Notes under the pieces: model-generated | The model's input: the letters and a program-made list of their open reading frames with translations, nothing else | Database searches by the model: none | What the model was told of the DNA's origin: nothing | From: Candidatus Omnitrophota bacterium | Lineage (GTDB): Bacteria; Omnitrophota; Gorgyraeia; JAFGHF01 | NCBI GenBank assembly: GCA_020341815.1 | Contig: CP070837.1 | Location: forward strand, 1,236,575 to 1,300,574 | Length of the DNA: 64,000 bases | Reading direction: 5' to 3' | Shown: positions 63,938 through 64,000 of the stretch, one piece after another | Numbering within the stretch: the stretch's first letter is position 1 | How the letters are laid out: every line of letters begins with the position of its first letter | Program-made: the position numbers and the translations under genes

Positions 63938-64000
63938 ATGAGAAAAGCAAAACTTATTTTGACTGCAACGATAGCACTGCTTTGTCTGATTCTGGGGTTA
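63938..64000 (+). CDS. Start of an exported protein, 3'-truncated
   Basis: ATG 63938, MRKAKLILTATIALLCLILGL signal-peptide-like sequence running off the window. Confidence 0.6.
   Translation, partial: MRKAKLILTATIALLCLILGL

Overview
About 88% of the window (1-56190, + strand) is the 3' part of one uninterrupted giant ORF of at least 18,729 codons. The frame is already open at base 1, so the gene starts upstream. The product reads as a string of unrelated, mostly cytoplasmic-type domains: UDP-sugar pyrophosphorylase, HEAT, YkgJ, GlpX, two B12-radical SAM, a permuted ROK, PRTase, TPR, ParB-like, SecA, many HTHs, a P-loop kinase, HD-GYP, three HExxH peptidase-like domains and a Kdo-transferase-like domain. 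Nearly every domain boundary carries a short [S/A]-S-P-[V/I/A] linker (about 65 copies by manual count), encoded by varied Ser codons. Two complete two-gene operons (small DUF5678-like protein plus retropepsin-like aspartyl protease) lie antisense and fully nested in the giant ORF. Each has its own sigma70-type promoter and RBS, and each exactly fills one linker-bounded module. The main hypothesis is a bacterial polyprotein with repeated Ser-Pro processing sites and embedded retroviral-type proteases; the alternative is an in-frame cassette-accreting gene that has captured selfish modules. Downstream is a sugar ABC transporter, an inserted nucleotidyltransferase/small-protein pair, a TPR-GH2-like glycoside hydrolase and a tandem carbohydrate-binding protein. 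The overall layout resembles giant-gene loci described for Ca. Omnitrophota, but taxonomy here is inference. All domain calls are from motif reading, not database searches.
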